Notes under the pieces: model-generated
Told to the model about the DNA's origin: nothing
The model's database searches: none
What the model saw: the letters and a program-made list of their open reading frames with translations, nothing else
Assembly: GCA_913055735.1 (NCBI GenBank)
Contig: CAJXKD010000001.1
Location: forward strand, 1,790,923-1,854,922
Reading direction: 5' to 3'
Source: an uncultured Rhodospirillales bacterium
GTDB taxonomy: Bacteria > Pseudomonadota > Alphaproteobacteria > Rhodospirillales > UBA2165
DNA: 64,000 nt
Part shown: positions 42,027 through 52,838 of the stretch, one piece after another
How the letters are laid out: every line of letters starts with the position of its first letter
How positions within the stretch are numbered: the first letter of the stretch is position 1
Translations under genes and position numbers: made by a program

Positions 42027-42680
42027 TTAAAGCGCGATCTGATCCGGTGTTTCGTCGGCATCGCTGCTTGCGGCTTCCGCTTTATCCGCGGTTTTCTCGC
42101 CGTCCGACCCACCGTCGGCGGCAATTTCCACCACTTCGCCGGATTTCTCCCCACTACCGTTGTTGGCGCCGTTGTTGCGGCCAGCACCATTGGCGCGGCT
42201 CCTCCGGGACGGCCTCCGACCGCCATTTGATCCGTTGCCGTGGGAACGATCGGGCGTTTCGCTGCTCTCGGCCTGTTGCTCCTCGCCCTGTGAGGCGCTC
42301 TGCGGGGCTTCGTTCGCGCCGCCGTTGCTCTGCGCGGCGACGTCCGTGCCCTCGTTCGTTTCTTCATCTTGTTGATTGTCGTCGGCGCGGTTGTCATGTC
42401 CGCCATTGAAGCGGCGGTTCCGCTGGGCGTCGCTATTCCGCTCTGCGTCGGCGTTCAAAATGCGGAAATAATGTTCGGCGTGTTGGAAGAAGTTTTCGGA
42501 GGCGATCCGGTCGCCCGAGGACAAAGCGTCCCGTGCCAACATCAAATATTTCTCATAGACCTGCTGGGCGGTCCCCCGAACGCGTCCCTCAGGGCCATTG
42601 CTATCGAAATTATTGTTGCGCGGTTGACGTTTGCCGGTCCCGCGATTACGGCCTCGACGGGGATTGGAACCCTGTTTCAT
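42027..42680 (-). CDS. DUF4167 domain protein
   Basis: FDSNGP..RVRGTAQQVYEKYL.LARDA..SGDR...EN..QHAEHY.R. Confidence 0.92.
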   Translation of the reverse strand: MKQGSNPRRGRNRGTGKRQPRNNNFDSNGPEGRVRGTAQQVYEKYLMLARDALSSGDRIASENFFQHAEHYFRILNADAERNSDAQRNRRFNGGHDNRADDNQQDEETNEGTDVAAQSNGGANEAPQSASQGEEQQAESSETPDRSHGNGSNGGRRPSRRSRANGAGRNNGANNGSGEKSGEVVEIAADGGSDGEKTADKAEAASSDADETPDQIAL

Positions 42681-42895
42681 GACATCCAATTCTACTGGTT
42701 TCGCCGGTTAAGTCCCCCGGCCTGCGCAATCCTCCTCGGTGGCGGTTCCAGCCGCCGGCCCCGGGTTCGCAAACGCTTTTCAGGGGAGGGGTTTTCCCGC
42801 TTTCCGCGGTGCATCGCAATTCCTGCGTGCCAACGCCCACACCGCAAAATTAACCATGTGCGGCGAATATTCCAACTACGGAATCCAAATTAATG

Positions 42896-43783
42896 TTATA
42901 TGCGGGCAACTGTTGCCAAAATGCAACGATCAATTCCGGCCAAATCCTTTCGGGTTTCGCATATTCCCAAGCCATGCTGTTTCAGCAGCGAGGAAATCGC
43001 TCTTTCCTGCCCTTGCCCGAACTCCAATGCCACGATTCCGTTCGGGGTCAGCAAGCCGGTAAGAGCGGGGATCAAGGTGCGGTAGACGTCCAACCCATCC
43101 GTTCCTCCGACGAGGGCCTCACGCGGTTCGAAATCGCGCACTTCGGGGTCGAGACCGGCCCAGTCGGCCTCGGACACATAAGGCGGATTGCACAGGATAA
43201 GATCGAAACGGTCCGAAACCGCCTCCGACCAATCGCTGTACAAAAATGTAGCGCGGCTATCCAAGCCGAGGGCCGCGGCGTTCCGCCGGGCAACATCCAA
43301 GGCGGCGCGGCTTATATCGACGCCAATACCGTGCGCGGATGGAAATTCGTGCAGCATGCTGAGGAGCAGGCATCCGGTGCCGGTTCCCAAATCGAGAATC
43401 GTTTGGGGTGGCTCGCGGTCTGTAAACCGGTCCAGCACGGCTTCGATCGTGGTTTCGGAATCGGGCCGCGGCGCCAAGGTGTCCCGGGTGACATGGAATG
43501 CAAGGCTCCAGAATTCCCGGCTCTCAAGGATTTGAGCGACCGGCTCGCAAGTGGCGCGGCGCCGGATCATCTCGTCGAAACGGGCGACTTGCTCCGGACG
43601 CAGTATTTTTTCCGGGTGTCCGACGATGTCGGATGTCGTACATCCGATGGCACGCTCAAGCAACAATCGGGCGTCCAGCCCGGCGCTGTCGATGTCCGCT
43701 GCAACGAGAACGGCTCGGCCGCGCGCCAACGTTCCGCCGATTGTCGTTTCCGGCTTTGCCAATGTTGCGGCCCCTTCGCTCAT
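42896..43783 (-). CDS. prmC: Release factor glutamine methyltransferase
   Basis: [19 protein letters not shown]. Start MSEG overlaps the prfA stop. Confidence 0.95.
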   Translation of the reverse strand: MSEGAATLAKPETTIGGTLARGRAVLVAADIDSAGLDARLLLERAIGCTTSDIVGHPEKILRPEQVARFDEMIRRRATCEPVAQILESREFWSLAFHVTRDTLAPRPDSETTIEAVLDRFTDREPPQTILDLGTGTGCLLLSMLHEFPSAHGIGVDISRAALDVARRNAAALGLDSRATFLYSDWSEAVSDRFDLILCNPPYVSEADWAGLDPEVRDFEPREALVGGTDGLDVYRTLIPALTGLLTPNGIVALEFGQGQERAISSLLKQHGLGICETRKDLAGIDRCILATVARI

Positions 43784-44847
43784 GACATGGCGGCCAGTTT
43801 CTCTGCCTGATCTTCGGTGGCGAGCGCGTCGACCAGTTCGTCGAGGTCGCCTTCCATAATCCGATCGATCTTGTAGAGGGTGAGGTTGATCCGATGATCG
43901 GTGACGCGGCCCTGCGGGAAATTGTAGGTGCGGATGCGTTCCGACCGGTCGCCGGAACCGACTTGGTTTTTCCGGTTTGCCGCCCGCTCGGCTTCGCGTT
44001 CCAGGCGCTGCGTCTCGTACAGCCGGGAGCGAAGCACCTTCATTGCCTTGGCGCGGTTCTTGTGCTGCGACTTTTCGTCCTGGCACTGTACGACGATGCC
44101 GGTCGGAATGTGCGTAATGCGTACCGCGCTGTCGGTTTTGTTGACGTGCTGCCCGCCGGCGCCCTGGGCGCGGTAGGTATCGACCCGGAGATCCTTGGTC
44201 TCGATTTGGACATCGAATTCCTCGGCCTCGGGCAATACGGCGACGGTCGCGGCCGACGTATGGACGCGGCCTTGTGATTCCGTTTCCGGGACGCGCTGGA
44301 CGCGGTGAACGCCGGATTCGTACTTCAAGCGGGCGAAAACCCCACGCCCCGAAATGGTCGCCATCGCTTCCTTGTAGCCGCCGATACCGGTCTCGCTCAG
44401 GCTGATGACCTCGAATTTCCAATTGTTGGCTTCGGCGTAGCGTTGATACATGCGGAACAGATTGGCCGCAAATAATGCCGCTTCATCGCCGCCGGTGCCC
44501 GCCCGGACCTCGAGAATGGCGTTGCGATCGTCGGCTTCGTCCTTGGGCAGCAACAAAAGCTGAATACTGTGTTCCAACTCGGGCAGCTTGGCGGTGAGCG
44601 TTCGATGCTCCTCTTCGGCCATTTCCTTGACCTCGGCATCGCCGTCGGCCATCAGCTCCTCGAGATCGGCAATTTCCTTCTCCACCGCGCGCAGTTCCTC
44701 AACCGCGCTGACGATGGCCGTCAGATCGGCATATTCCTTTGACAGGCGGGCATATTCTTGGCCCTCCAATTGGGTCTGGCCGGCGAGCATATCGCGCAAC
44801 TCATGGTGCCGCGATACCACGACGGCCAGCTTATCTTCGATCGACAT
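43780..44847 (-). CDS. prfA: Peptide chain release factor 1
   Basis: PET recognition motif, GGQ. Confidence 0.98.
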   Translation of the reverse strand: MSIEDKLAVVVSRHHELRDMLAGQTQLEGQEYARLSKEYADLTAIVSAVEELRAVEKEIADLEELMADGDAEVKEMAEEEHRTLTAKLPELEHSIQLLLLPKDEADDRNAILEVRAGTGGDEAALFAANLFRMYQRYAEANNWKFEVISLSETGIGGYKEAMATISGRGVFARLKYESGVHRVQRVPETESQGRVHTSAATVAVLPEAEEFDVQIETKDLRVDTYRAQGAGGQHVNKTDSAVRITHIPTGIVVQCQDEKSQHKNRAKAMKVLRSRLYETQRLEREAERAANRKNQVGSGDRSERIRTYNFPQGRVTDHRINLTLYKIDRIMEGDLDELVDALATEDQAEKLAAMS

Positions 44848-44849
44848 GG

Positions 44850-46067
44850 TTATAAGTCTCCGTTCCCCCGCCCGAACAGCCAGCGGAATAGCTTGGGGAA
44901 CCAGGCAACAGGGCCTTTTCTTTTGGATTGCGTCCGGTCGGCGGCGAGGCGATCGATCAATAATCGAGTGGCTGTGTCGGCATCGCCGCCGGAATCGGAA
45001 ACCGCCTGCCGGCGGGCTTCCTCGATACGCTCTTTTCCGTGGCCTTTAAGATAGGCAGCAACTTCACGTTCCAAAAGGGTCCAGCCGACTTCGGAATCGG
45101 CGGCGCGTAACGCACGGCCCTCGGTGGCGACCCGTTCGAGATCGTCGAGGGTATAGCGGAAGGCATCCTCGAGTTGGTCGACCGCCGGATCAACGTCGCC
45201 GGGCACGCCCGTATCGATCAACAGAACCGGCTTGTGGCGCCGAACGGCGATCGCCTTCGTCATTTGCTCGACATCGATGCAGTAGCGGCGCGTATTGAGG
45301 GCCGTGATCACGATGTCCGATTTGGTTAAAAGGCGCGGCAGCTGATCGAACGTATCCATATGGCAATTGAGCGCGCGCGCCATACGCTCGGCGCGCTGTT
45401 CCGATCCATGCACCACCGTCAGATCGGCGAGGCCCGCTGCCAGCATGTCACCGGCGACGACCTCTCCCATCTCTCCGACGCCGACCAGCAGACCGGTGCA
45501 GCGGGACAGGTCGCCGTGCAAATCTCGGGCGACCCTGATCGCGGCGCCCGAGATCGTCGCCGGGCGTTTGTCGAAGCCGGTCTCCCTGTTGACGCGTTCC
45601 GCGGCCTCCAAGGCCGCCGCCATCAACGCGCGAAGGCCGGGGCCATCCATGCCCTCCTCGGCGGCGCGGCGGTGGCTCGTCCGCAGTTCGTTGGAGAAGC
45701 GCGGCTCGCCGATGACGACATCGTCGAGAGCGGCGGTGGCGGCAAAAAGGTGGCGTACCGCCTCGCCGTCGGTGATGACGTACATCTGATCCTTCAACAG
45801 GGTCGGGTCCAGCCCCGCGTGATCGGCCATCAATTGCGCGATCCCGGATGCGGCCTTTTCGCAATCGCTGTGAAGCGCCAGGATCTCGACCCTTTCGGGC
45901 GTCGAAATCACCAGGGCTTCGTTGATATCGGCGGCACGTAGACCGTCGACGAAACCATGCATTTCCGTTTCGTCGATGAACAGCCGGTCGCGGACCGTCA
46001 TGGATGACGTCCGGTGATTTGTGCCGACCACCAAGGGCCGTTCTTCAAATGTGCTCGATTCGACCAT
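44850..46067 (-). CDS. Glutamyl-tRNA reductase homolog, predicted catalytically inactive
   Basis: HemA architecture (VG.NHR, HLF, GEP, GVGEMG, ID.GVP.DV), but STCNR is replaced by STPER. Confidence 0.85.
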   Translation of the reverse strand: MVESSTFEERPLVVGTNHRTSSMTVRDRLFIDETEMHGFVDGLRAADINEALVISTPERVEILALHSDCEKAASGIAQLMADHAGLDPTLLKDQMYVITDGEAVRHLFAATAALDDVVIGEPRFSNELRTSHRRAAEEGMDGPGLRALMAAALEAAERVNRETGFDKRPATISGAAIRVARDLHGDLSRCTGLLVGVGEMGEVVAGDMLAAGLADLTVVHGSEQRAERMARALNCHMDTFDQLPRLLTKSDIVITALNTRRYCIDVEQMTKAIAVRRHKPVLLIDTGVPGDVDPAVDQLEDAFRYTLDDLERVATEGRALRAADSEVGWTLLEREVAAYLKGHGKERIEEARRQAVSDSGGDADTATRLLIDRLAADRTQSKRKGPVAWFPKLFRWLFGRGNGDL

Positions 46068-46073
46068 GGCAGA

Positions 46074-47318
46074 TCAGCGGTAACGCGCGAGATGCTCCTC
46101 CATTGCGTCCCATGATACTTCGGATTGCTCTCCGGTGACCATGTCTCTGACGGTGCCGGAGCCACGGTTCAACTCATCGTCGCCGATCAGGATCGCGGCG
46201 CAGGCACCCAGCTTGTCGGCCCGCTTCATGCGTTTGCCCAAGTTGCCGGAATACCCCAGTTCGACGGAGAAACCTTTGCCGCGCAGTTTCTGTGTGAGGG
46301 TCATGGCGAACCGTTGGGCGGCATCTCCCATGGGGATAACGGCGATGGGCCCCGGCACAGCCTCGCCTTCGTCGACCAGGAGCGACAGGCGCTCGACGCC
46401 CGCGGCCCAACCGACGCCCGGCGCTTCGGGGCCGCCCATCTGTTTCGATAATCCGTCATAGCGACCGCCGGCGAGCACCGTTCCTTGGGCGCCCAGTTCA
46501 TTGGTGGTGAACTCGAATGCCGTATGGCAGTAATAATCGAGACCGCGCACCAGCTTCGGGTTGATCTCATAGGGAATGCCCAAGTCATCGAGCCCAGTGC
46601 AAACGTCATCAAAGAATGTGCGAGAGGCCTCGTTGAGGCTGTCGTTCAACCGGGGCGCGTCGGCGATGATCGCGCGATCCCCTTCGTCCTTGGAATCGAG
46701 AATACGCAGAGGGTTGCGTTCGAGCCGCATGCGGCTGTCTTCCGACAACTTGCTTTCGTGCTGTTTCAGATAGGCAACCAGTTTGTCGCGATAGGCGGCG
46801 CGGCTTTCAGTATCGCCCAAGCTATTCAGTTCCAGCGTCACCTTGTCGGCAAGCCCGAGCTCGCTCAGGATTTGCTGGGCGAGAGCGATGGTTTCTATAT
46901 CGGCGATGGGGGCGGCGACGCCCAGCAACTCGATGCCGACCTGCCGGAACTCGCGCCAACGGCCTTTCTGCGGGCGTTCGTAGCGGAACATGGGGCCCCG
47001 GTAGAACAGTTTCAGCGGCAGATCCTGTTGCAGCCCGTTGGAAATCAGGGCGCGCACGATGCCCGCCGTGCCTTCGGGCCGGAGGGTGATCAGATCGCCA
47101 CCGCGGTCTTCGAACGTATACATTTCCTTGGTGACGATATCGGAGGTATCGCCGAGGGTGCGGCTGAACACCTCGGTGAACTCGAAGACGGGCGTGGTAA
47201 TCTCGCCAAAGCCGTAAAGGCCGGCGACATCATAGGCCGTTTCCTCCACGCGCCGATAGCGGCGGTTGTCGTCGGGCAGAATGTCGTGGGTGCCGCGGAC
47301 CGGGTTTAGGCGTGCCAT
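46074..47318 (-). CDS. hisS: Histidine--tRNA ligase
   Basis: RGTHD, LRPEGTA, FRYERPQKGR, RGLDYY, GGRYD. Confidence 0.98.
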   Translation of the reverse strand: MARLNPVRGTHDILPDDNRRYRRVEETAYDVAGLYGFGEITTPVFEFTEVFSRTLGDTSDIVTKEMYTFEDRGGDLITLRPEGTAGIVRALISNGLQQDLPLKLFYRGPMFRYERPQKGRWREFRQVGIELLGVAAPIADIETIALAQQILSELGLADKVTLELNSLGDTESRAAYRDKLVAYLKQHESKLSEDSRMRLERNPLRILDSKDEGDRAIIADAPRLNDSLNEASRTFFDDVCTGLDDLGIPYEINPKLVRGLDYYCHTAFEFTTNELGAQGTVLAGGRYDGLSKQMGGPEAPGVGWAAGVERLSLLVDEGEAVPGPIAVIPMGDAAQRFAMTLTQKLRGKGFSVELGYSGNLGKRMKRADKLGACAAILIGDDELNRGSGTVRDMVTGEQSEVSWDAMEEHLARYR

Positions 47319-47480
47319 CGGGGCGGGTGTCCTTTCAATCGCGCCGAATGAGTATCAAGTCGATAGATGGGTGCCGTCGCCGGCAAACCGGGCGGTTATA
47401 GCCCATGGCCGGTCCCACTGAAAGCGATCAGCGGTAAAGGCTGGATATCGAAGCGTGAGAGGACGGAGCGGCAAGCCGCC

Positions 47481-48755
47481 CTATTCGACGACCGCTTGGC
47501 CTTGGCGCAGCTTCTCGGCATCCAGGGCCACGTTACGCCGGACCACGCCCGTTTCGCCGATGGACGGAACGACGTCACCGTTGACCGTGATCTCGAGGGC
47601 GCCGGCATTGCCGGTCATCAGGATCAGGCCCGCGCGGTCGGGTACTTCGTAGAAATCGCCGCCACGCAACAGCTTGGTCATGACCAACTGGTCGGAATTG
47701 CCGTCGCGGATTTGCACCCAGCTGTCACGCAGGGCGCGCACGACGATCTGCTGTCCGGCGGGTGCCGCGGCGACCTGTTCGGATCGCGTTTCCTCGACGG
47801 TTGCCTCGGGTTGCTGTGGGGTTTCGGGTTCCGCTGCGGGTGTTTCGGTCTCTTGTTGGGCGCTTTCCGGGGCGGGCAGGGCTGCGACCGTTTCCGGGAC
47901 CGGCAATGCGGGTGGCGCCGCCTCTTCCTGCGGCTGCGGCCGCACGGCGGTGGCTGTCTCGGGCGCCCGGACGACGGGAACCTCCGCTTCCGGTGTCGTT
48001 TCCGGTGCAGCTACCGGTGTGCGGACCGTCGCTTCCGGCGCGGGCGCCGCTTCTGCGGGTTCCGGTGTGGCGGGTGGCGTGCTTTCAACGGGCGCCACGG
48101 AAACGGTTTGCGTCTCTTCCGCAGGTGCCGGTTTTGGTTCGGGCTCTTTCGCCTTGACGGGTTCGGGTTCCGGGGCCGGCGGCGTTTCCGTTTCTTCCAC
48201 GGCGGGCGCATTGGCCATGGCCGCGGTCGGTGTGCTCGGGCGCGGGGCCGCGTCTTCCGCCATCGGCGGCATTTCGCTGACCGCACCGGTGTCGCTATCC
48301 TCCGCCTGAAGATTTTCGGGAACGGGCGGCACCGGGTCCGTCACAAAGCGGTCCTGGGTCGACACGAAATACCAGCCGCCATAGCCGGCAATGGCAATCA
48401 GCAAGGCCGCCATCAAAATGGCGCCACGCGGAATGCCGTGTTCCGGGATGAAGGACGGAAACGCCAGTTCCTGGGTTTTCTGCTCGACGGTACCGGTCGT
48501 GTCCTTGAAGCGGCGGACGACCTCTTCGCCATCCAGACCGAGATACTCCGCATAGCCCCGAATGAACCCGACCGCATACGCATGACCGGGAAGATCGTCG
48601 TACCGGTCTTCCTCGATGGCTTCCAGGTAAGGGTACCGGATACGCAACGTCGCCGCGACGTCCGCCAGTTCCTCGCCGCGGCGCAGTCGCGACGCCCGGA
48701 GCAATCCGCCAATACCGCCTTTCCGGCCTTCGTTTATGTCGGGTTGAGTATCCAC
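47481..48755 (-). CDS. rodZ: RodZ-like protein (HTH-TM-linker-DUF4115)
   Basis: N-terminal HTH (LRIR..YL.AIE..Y..GFIR.YA.YLGL), TM, Pro/Ala/Glu linker, SWVQI...GNAGAL. Confidence 0.88.
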   Translation of the reverse strand: MDTQPDINEGRKGGIGGLLRASRLRRGEELADVAATLRIRYPYLEAIEEDRYDDLPGHAYAVGFIRGYAEYLGLDGEEVVRRFKDTTGTVEQKTQELAFPSFIPEHGIPRGAILMAALLIAIAGYGGWYFVSTQDRFVTDPVPPVPENLQAEDSDTGAVSEMPPMAEDAAPRPSTPTAAMANAPAVEETETPPAPEPEPVKAKEPEPKPAPAEETQTVSVAPVESTPPATPEPAEAAPAPEATVRTPVAAPETTPEAEVPVVRAPETATAVRPQPQEEAAPPALPVPETVAALPAPESAQQETETPAAEPETPQQPEATVEETRSEQVAAAPAGQQIVVRALRDSWVQIRDGNSDQLVMTKLLRGGDFYEVPDRAGLILMTGNAGALEITVNGDVVPSIGETGVVRRNVALDAEKLRQGQAVVE

Positions 48756-48986
48756 GGGCTATCCTCTAAAGGCCCAGCTCTTGCACGCCGCGCCCATCTA
48801 TCCGGTTTGCGAGACCCGAGACGGCGCCTAGACGCCGGGAATCCCAGGATAAATAGCTTGGCCGACGGCAGGACGGCCAAGTTGAAAATCGGCTGAGGGT
48901 TATACGTTCCAACAACGTTAATACTCTACTAGCAAGGGTATAGCCACTCAAGTTGTCTTTATAGATCAATGATGACTTACGATTCC

Positions 48987-51263
48987 TTAAATAATCACTC
49001 CATGATCGAGCGCGAAATCACGCAGTCGCTGGCGAATGCTGTGATCGGAAAGGTCCTGGAGGGACACGAGATAGCGCTCCAGGGACTCCAAATGCAGGCT
49101 GCGGATCATGGTTTTGATGGGGCCGATGGCGGACGGCATCATCGATAGGCTACGAACGCCGATGCCGATAAGGGCCATGGCGTCCAAAGGCCGCCCCGCT
49201 ATCTCTCCACAAAGGCTCAAGGGCACATTCGCTGAATTGCACTGCTCCACGAGGTGGCGGAGGAACGCCAAGCCGCCGGGAGATAGCGGATCGTAGCGGT
49301 CGGCGAGCCGTGGACTTCCGCGGTCGCTGGCAAACAGGAATTGGAACAGGTCGTTGCTACCGACCGAAATGAAATCGACTTTTTTCAACAACGCGGGCAG
49401 TTGAAAGGCAAGGGCGGGCACCTCGAGCATGGTGCCGACCCGCAATGTGGCCGGCAGGGGGCGGGACCGTTGGGCCGCGCGTTCCAATTCACGTTCCAGA
49501 AGCGCTTTCGCGGCGTCGAACTCGGTAACCTCGGCGATCATCGGGAACATGATGGTTAGATCGCGGCCCGCCGCCGCCCGGATCAGAGCACGGAACTGGT
49601 GGCGGATCAGAACCGGCTGGTCGAGGGAAACGCGGATCGCCCGCCACCCCATGGCCGGGTTCTCCTCGGCGGCACCGCTCCAATAGGGGAGGTTCTTGTC
49701 GCCGCCGATATCGAGCGTGCGGAAAACGACGGGTTTGCCGTCGCTGAATTCGAAAATGCGTTCATAGAGAGCCGCTTGCCGGTCCACATCGGGAAACTGG
49801 GTGCTCTCCATAAAAGGAATTTCGGTGCGGTAGAGACCGATGCCGTCGGCACCGGTATCGATCAAACTCTGCAGATCGGCGAAAAGTCCTGCGTTGATGT
49901 TGAGCGATACCGCCATGCCGTCCCGCGTTTCGGCGGGAACGTCACGCAACGCGGCATAGACTTCCATCTGCTGCGTGCGATCGGCCAGCGTTTCGACGTA
50001 AGCGTGGTGGATATCCTCCGACGGGCGGATGTGAACTTCGGCGCTGTCGCCGTCGATAATGACTTGATCGCCGGCAACGACGGCATCCAATACACCCGTC
50101 GCCCGGCCCACGACGGGGATATCCAGCGCGCGCGCGACGATGGCGACGTGCGTGGTCGCCGATCCTTCTTCGAGAACAAGGCCTCGCAGGCGTTCCCGGT
50201 CGTAATCGAGCAGTTGTGCCGGTCCCATGTTGCGGGCGACCAGGATCATGTCGTCCGGGAGATCCTCGGTCGGGCCGACTTGCGTGGTGCCCGTCAGGTG
50301 TTGCAGCAGCCGGTTGGCCAAATCTTCGAAATCGTGCAGGCGTTCGCGCAAATAAGGGTCGCGCAGGTTGCGGAAACGGGCACGGGTGTCGCTGTCGACC
50401 TTTTCGACGGCCGCTTCCGCGGTCAGACCGGTATCGATAGCCTCGCTGATCCGCGCCAGCCAGCCGGCATCTTCGGCAAACATGCGGTAAGCCATGAGAA
50501 TTTCGCGATGCTCTCCGTCGGCAACGTCGCTTTGCTCGAGCATCTCATCGATCGCACCGTGCAGATCGGCGACCGCTTTTTCCAATCGGCCGTGTTCGGT
50601 CTCGGGGTTTTCGGCAACCAGGGTGGTGATGGCGACACGCGGGTTGTGCAGCACCGCTTCGCCGATGGCGAGGCCGCCATTCAGCCGCACGCCTTCGACG
50701 GTAATAGGTTGCAGAGTAATGCCGTCGACCGCCTGCATTTCGTCGCGGCTGACCAACTGGCCGCCGGCGATGAGTTCCGCGAGGACCATCGCCACGGTTT
50801 CGAGGGTTTCGACTTCCTCGTCGGTGTAGTTGCGCCGGGTGCGGTTCTGGACGGCGACAACGCCGAGCACACGGCCGCCGCGCAGGATCGGCACGCCCAT
50901 GAGGGAATTGAAGATTTCTTCACCGGTCTCCGGCCGGTAGGCGAAACTGGGATGGGATTGCGCTTCGGGTAGCGCGAGCGCCCGCGCACCCGCCGCGATG
51001 GTGCCGATCAAACCTTCGCCGATCCGCAAGCGGGTATTGTGGACGGCCGACGGTTTCAGGCCGGTGGCGGCGAACAACTCGAGGATTTCACCCGCGCGCA
51101 GGATGTAGAGGGAACACACTTCGGCGACCATGTCGGTCGCGATGATACTGACGATCCGGTCAAGGCGTTCCTGTGGCGCCTCGTCGGCGGCGCCGACGGC
51201 CATGACGTCGCGAACCCGCGCGAGAAGGCGGCGCGACCCGGTCAGCATTGGTGCACGTGCCAT
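48987..51263 (-). CDS. ptsP: PTS enzyme I-Ntr (GAF-PtsP)
   Basis: GAF domain, THVAIVAR phospho-His, GLYRTE, SVGSNDL, CGE. Confidence 0.96.
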   Translation of the reverse strand: MARAPMLTGSRRLLARVRDVMAVGAADEAPQERLDRIVSIIATDMVAEVCSLYILRAGEILELFAATGLKPSAVHNTRLRIGEGLIGTIAAGARALALPEAQSHPSFAYRPETGEEIFNSLMGVPILRGGRVLGVVAVQNRTRRNYTDEEVETLETVAMVLAELIAGGQLVSRDEMQAVDGITLQPITVEGVRLNGGLAIGEAVLHNPRVAITTLVAENPETEHGRLEKAVADLHGAIDEMLEQSDVADGEHREILMAYRMFAEDAGWLARISEAIDTGLTAEAAVEKVDSDTRARFRNLRDPYLRERLHDFEDLANRLLQHLTGTTQVGPTEDLPDDMILVARNMGPAQLLDYDRERLRGLVLEEGSATTHVAIVARALDIPVVGRATGVLDAVVAGDQVIIDGDSAEVHIRPSEDIHHAYVETLADRTQQMEVYAALRDVPAETRDGMAVSLNINAGLFADLQSLIDTGADGIGLYRTEIPFMESTQFPDVDRQAALYERIFEFSDGKPVVFRTLDIGGDKNLPYWSGAAEENPAMGWRAIRVSLDQPVLIRHQFRALIRAAAGRDLTIMFPMIAEVTEFDAAKALLERELERAAQRSRPLPATLRVGTMLEVPALAFQLPALLKKVDFISVGSNDLFQFLFASDRGSPRLADRYDPLSPGGLAFLRHLVEQCNSANVPLSLCGEIAGRPLDAMALIGIGVRSLSMMPSAIGPIKTMIRSLHLESLERYLVSLQDLSDHSIRQRLRDFALDHGVII

Positions 51264-51348
51264 ACTTAGCCTCTGCGATTTTCGACCGGCGTAAATGCCA
51301 TCACGGCAGCAGCGATGCCGGCAAAATCAACTCTTGTGGCCGAAAGAC

Positions 51349-52584
51349 TCAGCTTTCTTCTTTCGGGCTATCATCAAGCCCGAAGGCCGTGTGAAGCGCC
51401 CTGAGTGCCAATTCGAGATAGTCTTCGGACACCAGGACGCTCACTTTGATCTCAGATGTGGAGATCACTTGGATGTTTATGCCTTTTTCCGCAAGCGCCG
51501 TGAACATGGTTTTGGCAACGCCGGCGTGACTCCGCATGCCGACACCGACGACCGAGACTTTGACGACGCCGGAATCGGCGATCAATTTTTCACACTGCAA
51601 ATCGTTCTTGGCGCCTTCGAGCAGGCGGACGGCCGCATCGAGATCGCCGCTGGCGACGGTGAAGGTCAGGTCAGTCGCCTTGCCGTCTTCAGAAACGTTC
51701 TGGACGATCATATCTACATTGATATTGGCGTCTGCCAATGGACCGAAGATGTTCGCGGCGACACCCGGTTGGTCGGCCGCACGCAAAAGGGTGATCTTCG
51801 CCTCGTCCCGGCTGTAGGAAATCCCGCTGACAACCTGCTGTTCCACGATTTTATCCTCGCTTACTACGAATGTTCCGGGATCGTCGACGAAAGTCGAGCG
51901 TACTTGTACCGGAACCCTTAGGTTCATGGCCAGTTCCACCGAACGCGTTTGCAAAACCTTGGCACCGAGGGATGCCATCTCGAGCATCTCTTCATAGGTA
52001 ATTTGCTCGAGTTTGCGTGCTTTGGGGACGATGCGGGGATCGGTCGTATATATGCCGTCCACATCGGTATAGATGTCGCATCGGTCCGCTTTCAGCGCGC
52101 CGGCCAAGGCAACGGCGGACGTGTCCGACCCGCCGCGTCCGATGGTCGTGATTCTATTGTCCGGCCCTAACCCTTGGAAACCGGCGACGACGGGAACCTC
52201 GCCCGCCGCCATACGGCGGCTCAACTCGTCGGTTTCGATCCCTTGAATGCGGGCCTTGCCGTGGGCACCGTCGGTGCGGATGGGAATCTGCCAGCCGAGC
52301 CAGGAGCGCGATTGCACCCCGAGGTCCTGCAGAGCCAAGGCCATCAGGCCGGCATTGGCCTGCTCGCCGGTCGCGACGACCGCATCGTACTCGCGGGCGT
52401 CGAACATGGAGCTGATCTGGCTGGTAAGCTCGACCATGCGATTGGTCACGCCCGCCATCGCTGACACGACGACCGCGATTTCATGACCGGCATCGACCTC
52501 GCGTTTGACTCGCAGGGCCGCGTGCTTGATGCGCTCGACGTCGGCAACGGACGTCCCACCGAATTTTTGAACAATTCGTGCCAT
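51349..52584 (-). CDS. lysC: Aspartate kinase
   Basis: VQKFGGTSV, GRGGSD, DPR, two ACT domains. Confidence 0.97.
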   Translation of the reverse strand: MARIVQKFGGTSVADVERIKHAALRVKREVDAGHEIAVVVSAMAGVTNRMVELTSQISSMFDAREYDAVVATGEQANAGLMALALQDLGVQSRSWLGWQIPIRTDGAHGKARIQGIETDELSRRMAAGEVPVVAGFQGLGPDNRITTIGRGGSDTSAVALAGALKADRCDIYTDVDGIYTTDPRIVPKARKLEQITYEEMLEMASLGAKVLQTRSVELAMNLRVPVQVRSTFVDDPGTFVVSEDKIVEQQVVSGISYSRDEAKITLLRAADQPGVAANIFGPLADANINVDMIVQNVSEDGKATDLTFTVASGDLDAAVRLLEGAKNDLQCEKLIADSGVVKVSVVGVGMRSHAGVAKTMFTALAEKGINIQVISTSEIKVSVLVSEDYLELALRALHTAFGLDDSPKEES

Positions 52585-52838
52585 TACGGATGAACCTTGT
52601 CGATTTCCCGCCGCTTGATAATCTCGCTGACGGGTTGTCCCGCGACCGGGCCGTTTGCTCGGCCCGGCGGGCGCGCGTATACATACTCTTTCGGTCATGC
52701 GGGCGCAAGGGAATCGGCGCTAAATCGCTGAAAAACCAAGGCTTGCGATGACCGAGCAACGGCGCGCATTGTTGTGGGTCAGAGAAACCGTAATCCGTAC
52801 CGGGTCATTCCATGGTTCATCCCGATCCAGCTCCAGAA

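Noticed and set aside
42896-44422. 508-aa ORF suggesting an extended or frameshifted PrmC
   Set aside because: The upstream part is an alternate frame inside prfA. The real prmC starts at ATG 43783, overlapping the prfA stop.
47367-48896. 509-aa plus-strand ORF (and similar long antisense ORFs over ptsP, phaA and clpB)
   Set aside because: Stop-poor shadow frames typical of high-GC genes, with no recognisable motifs.
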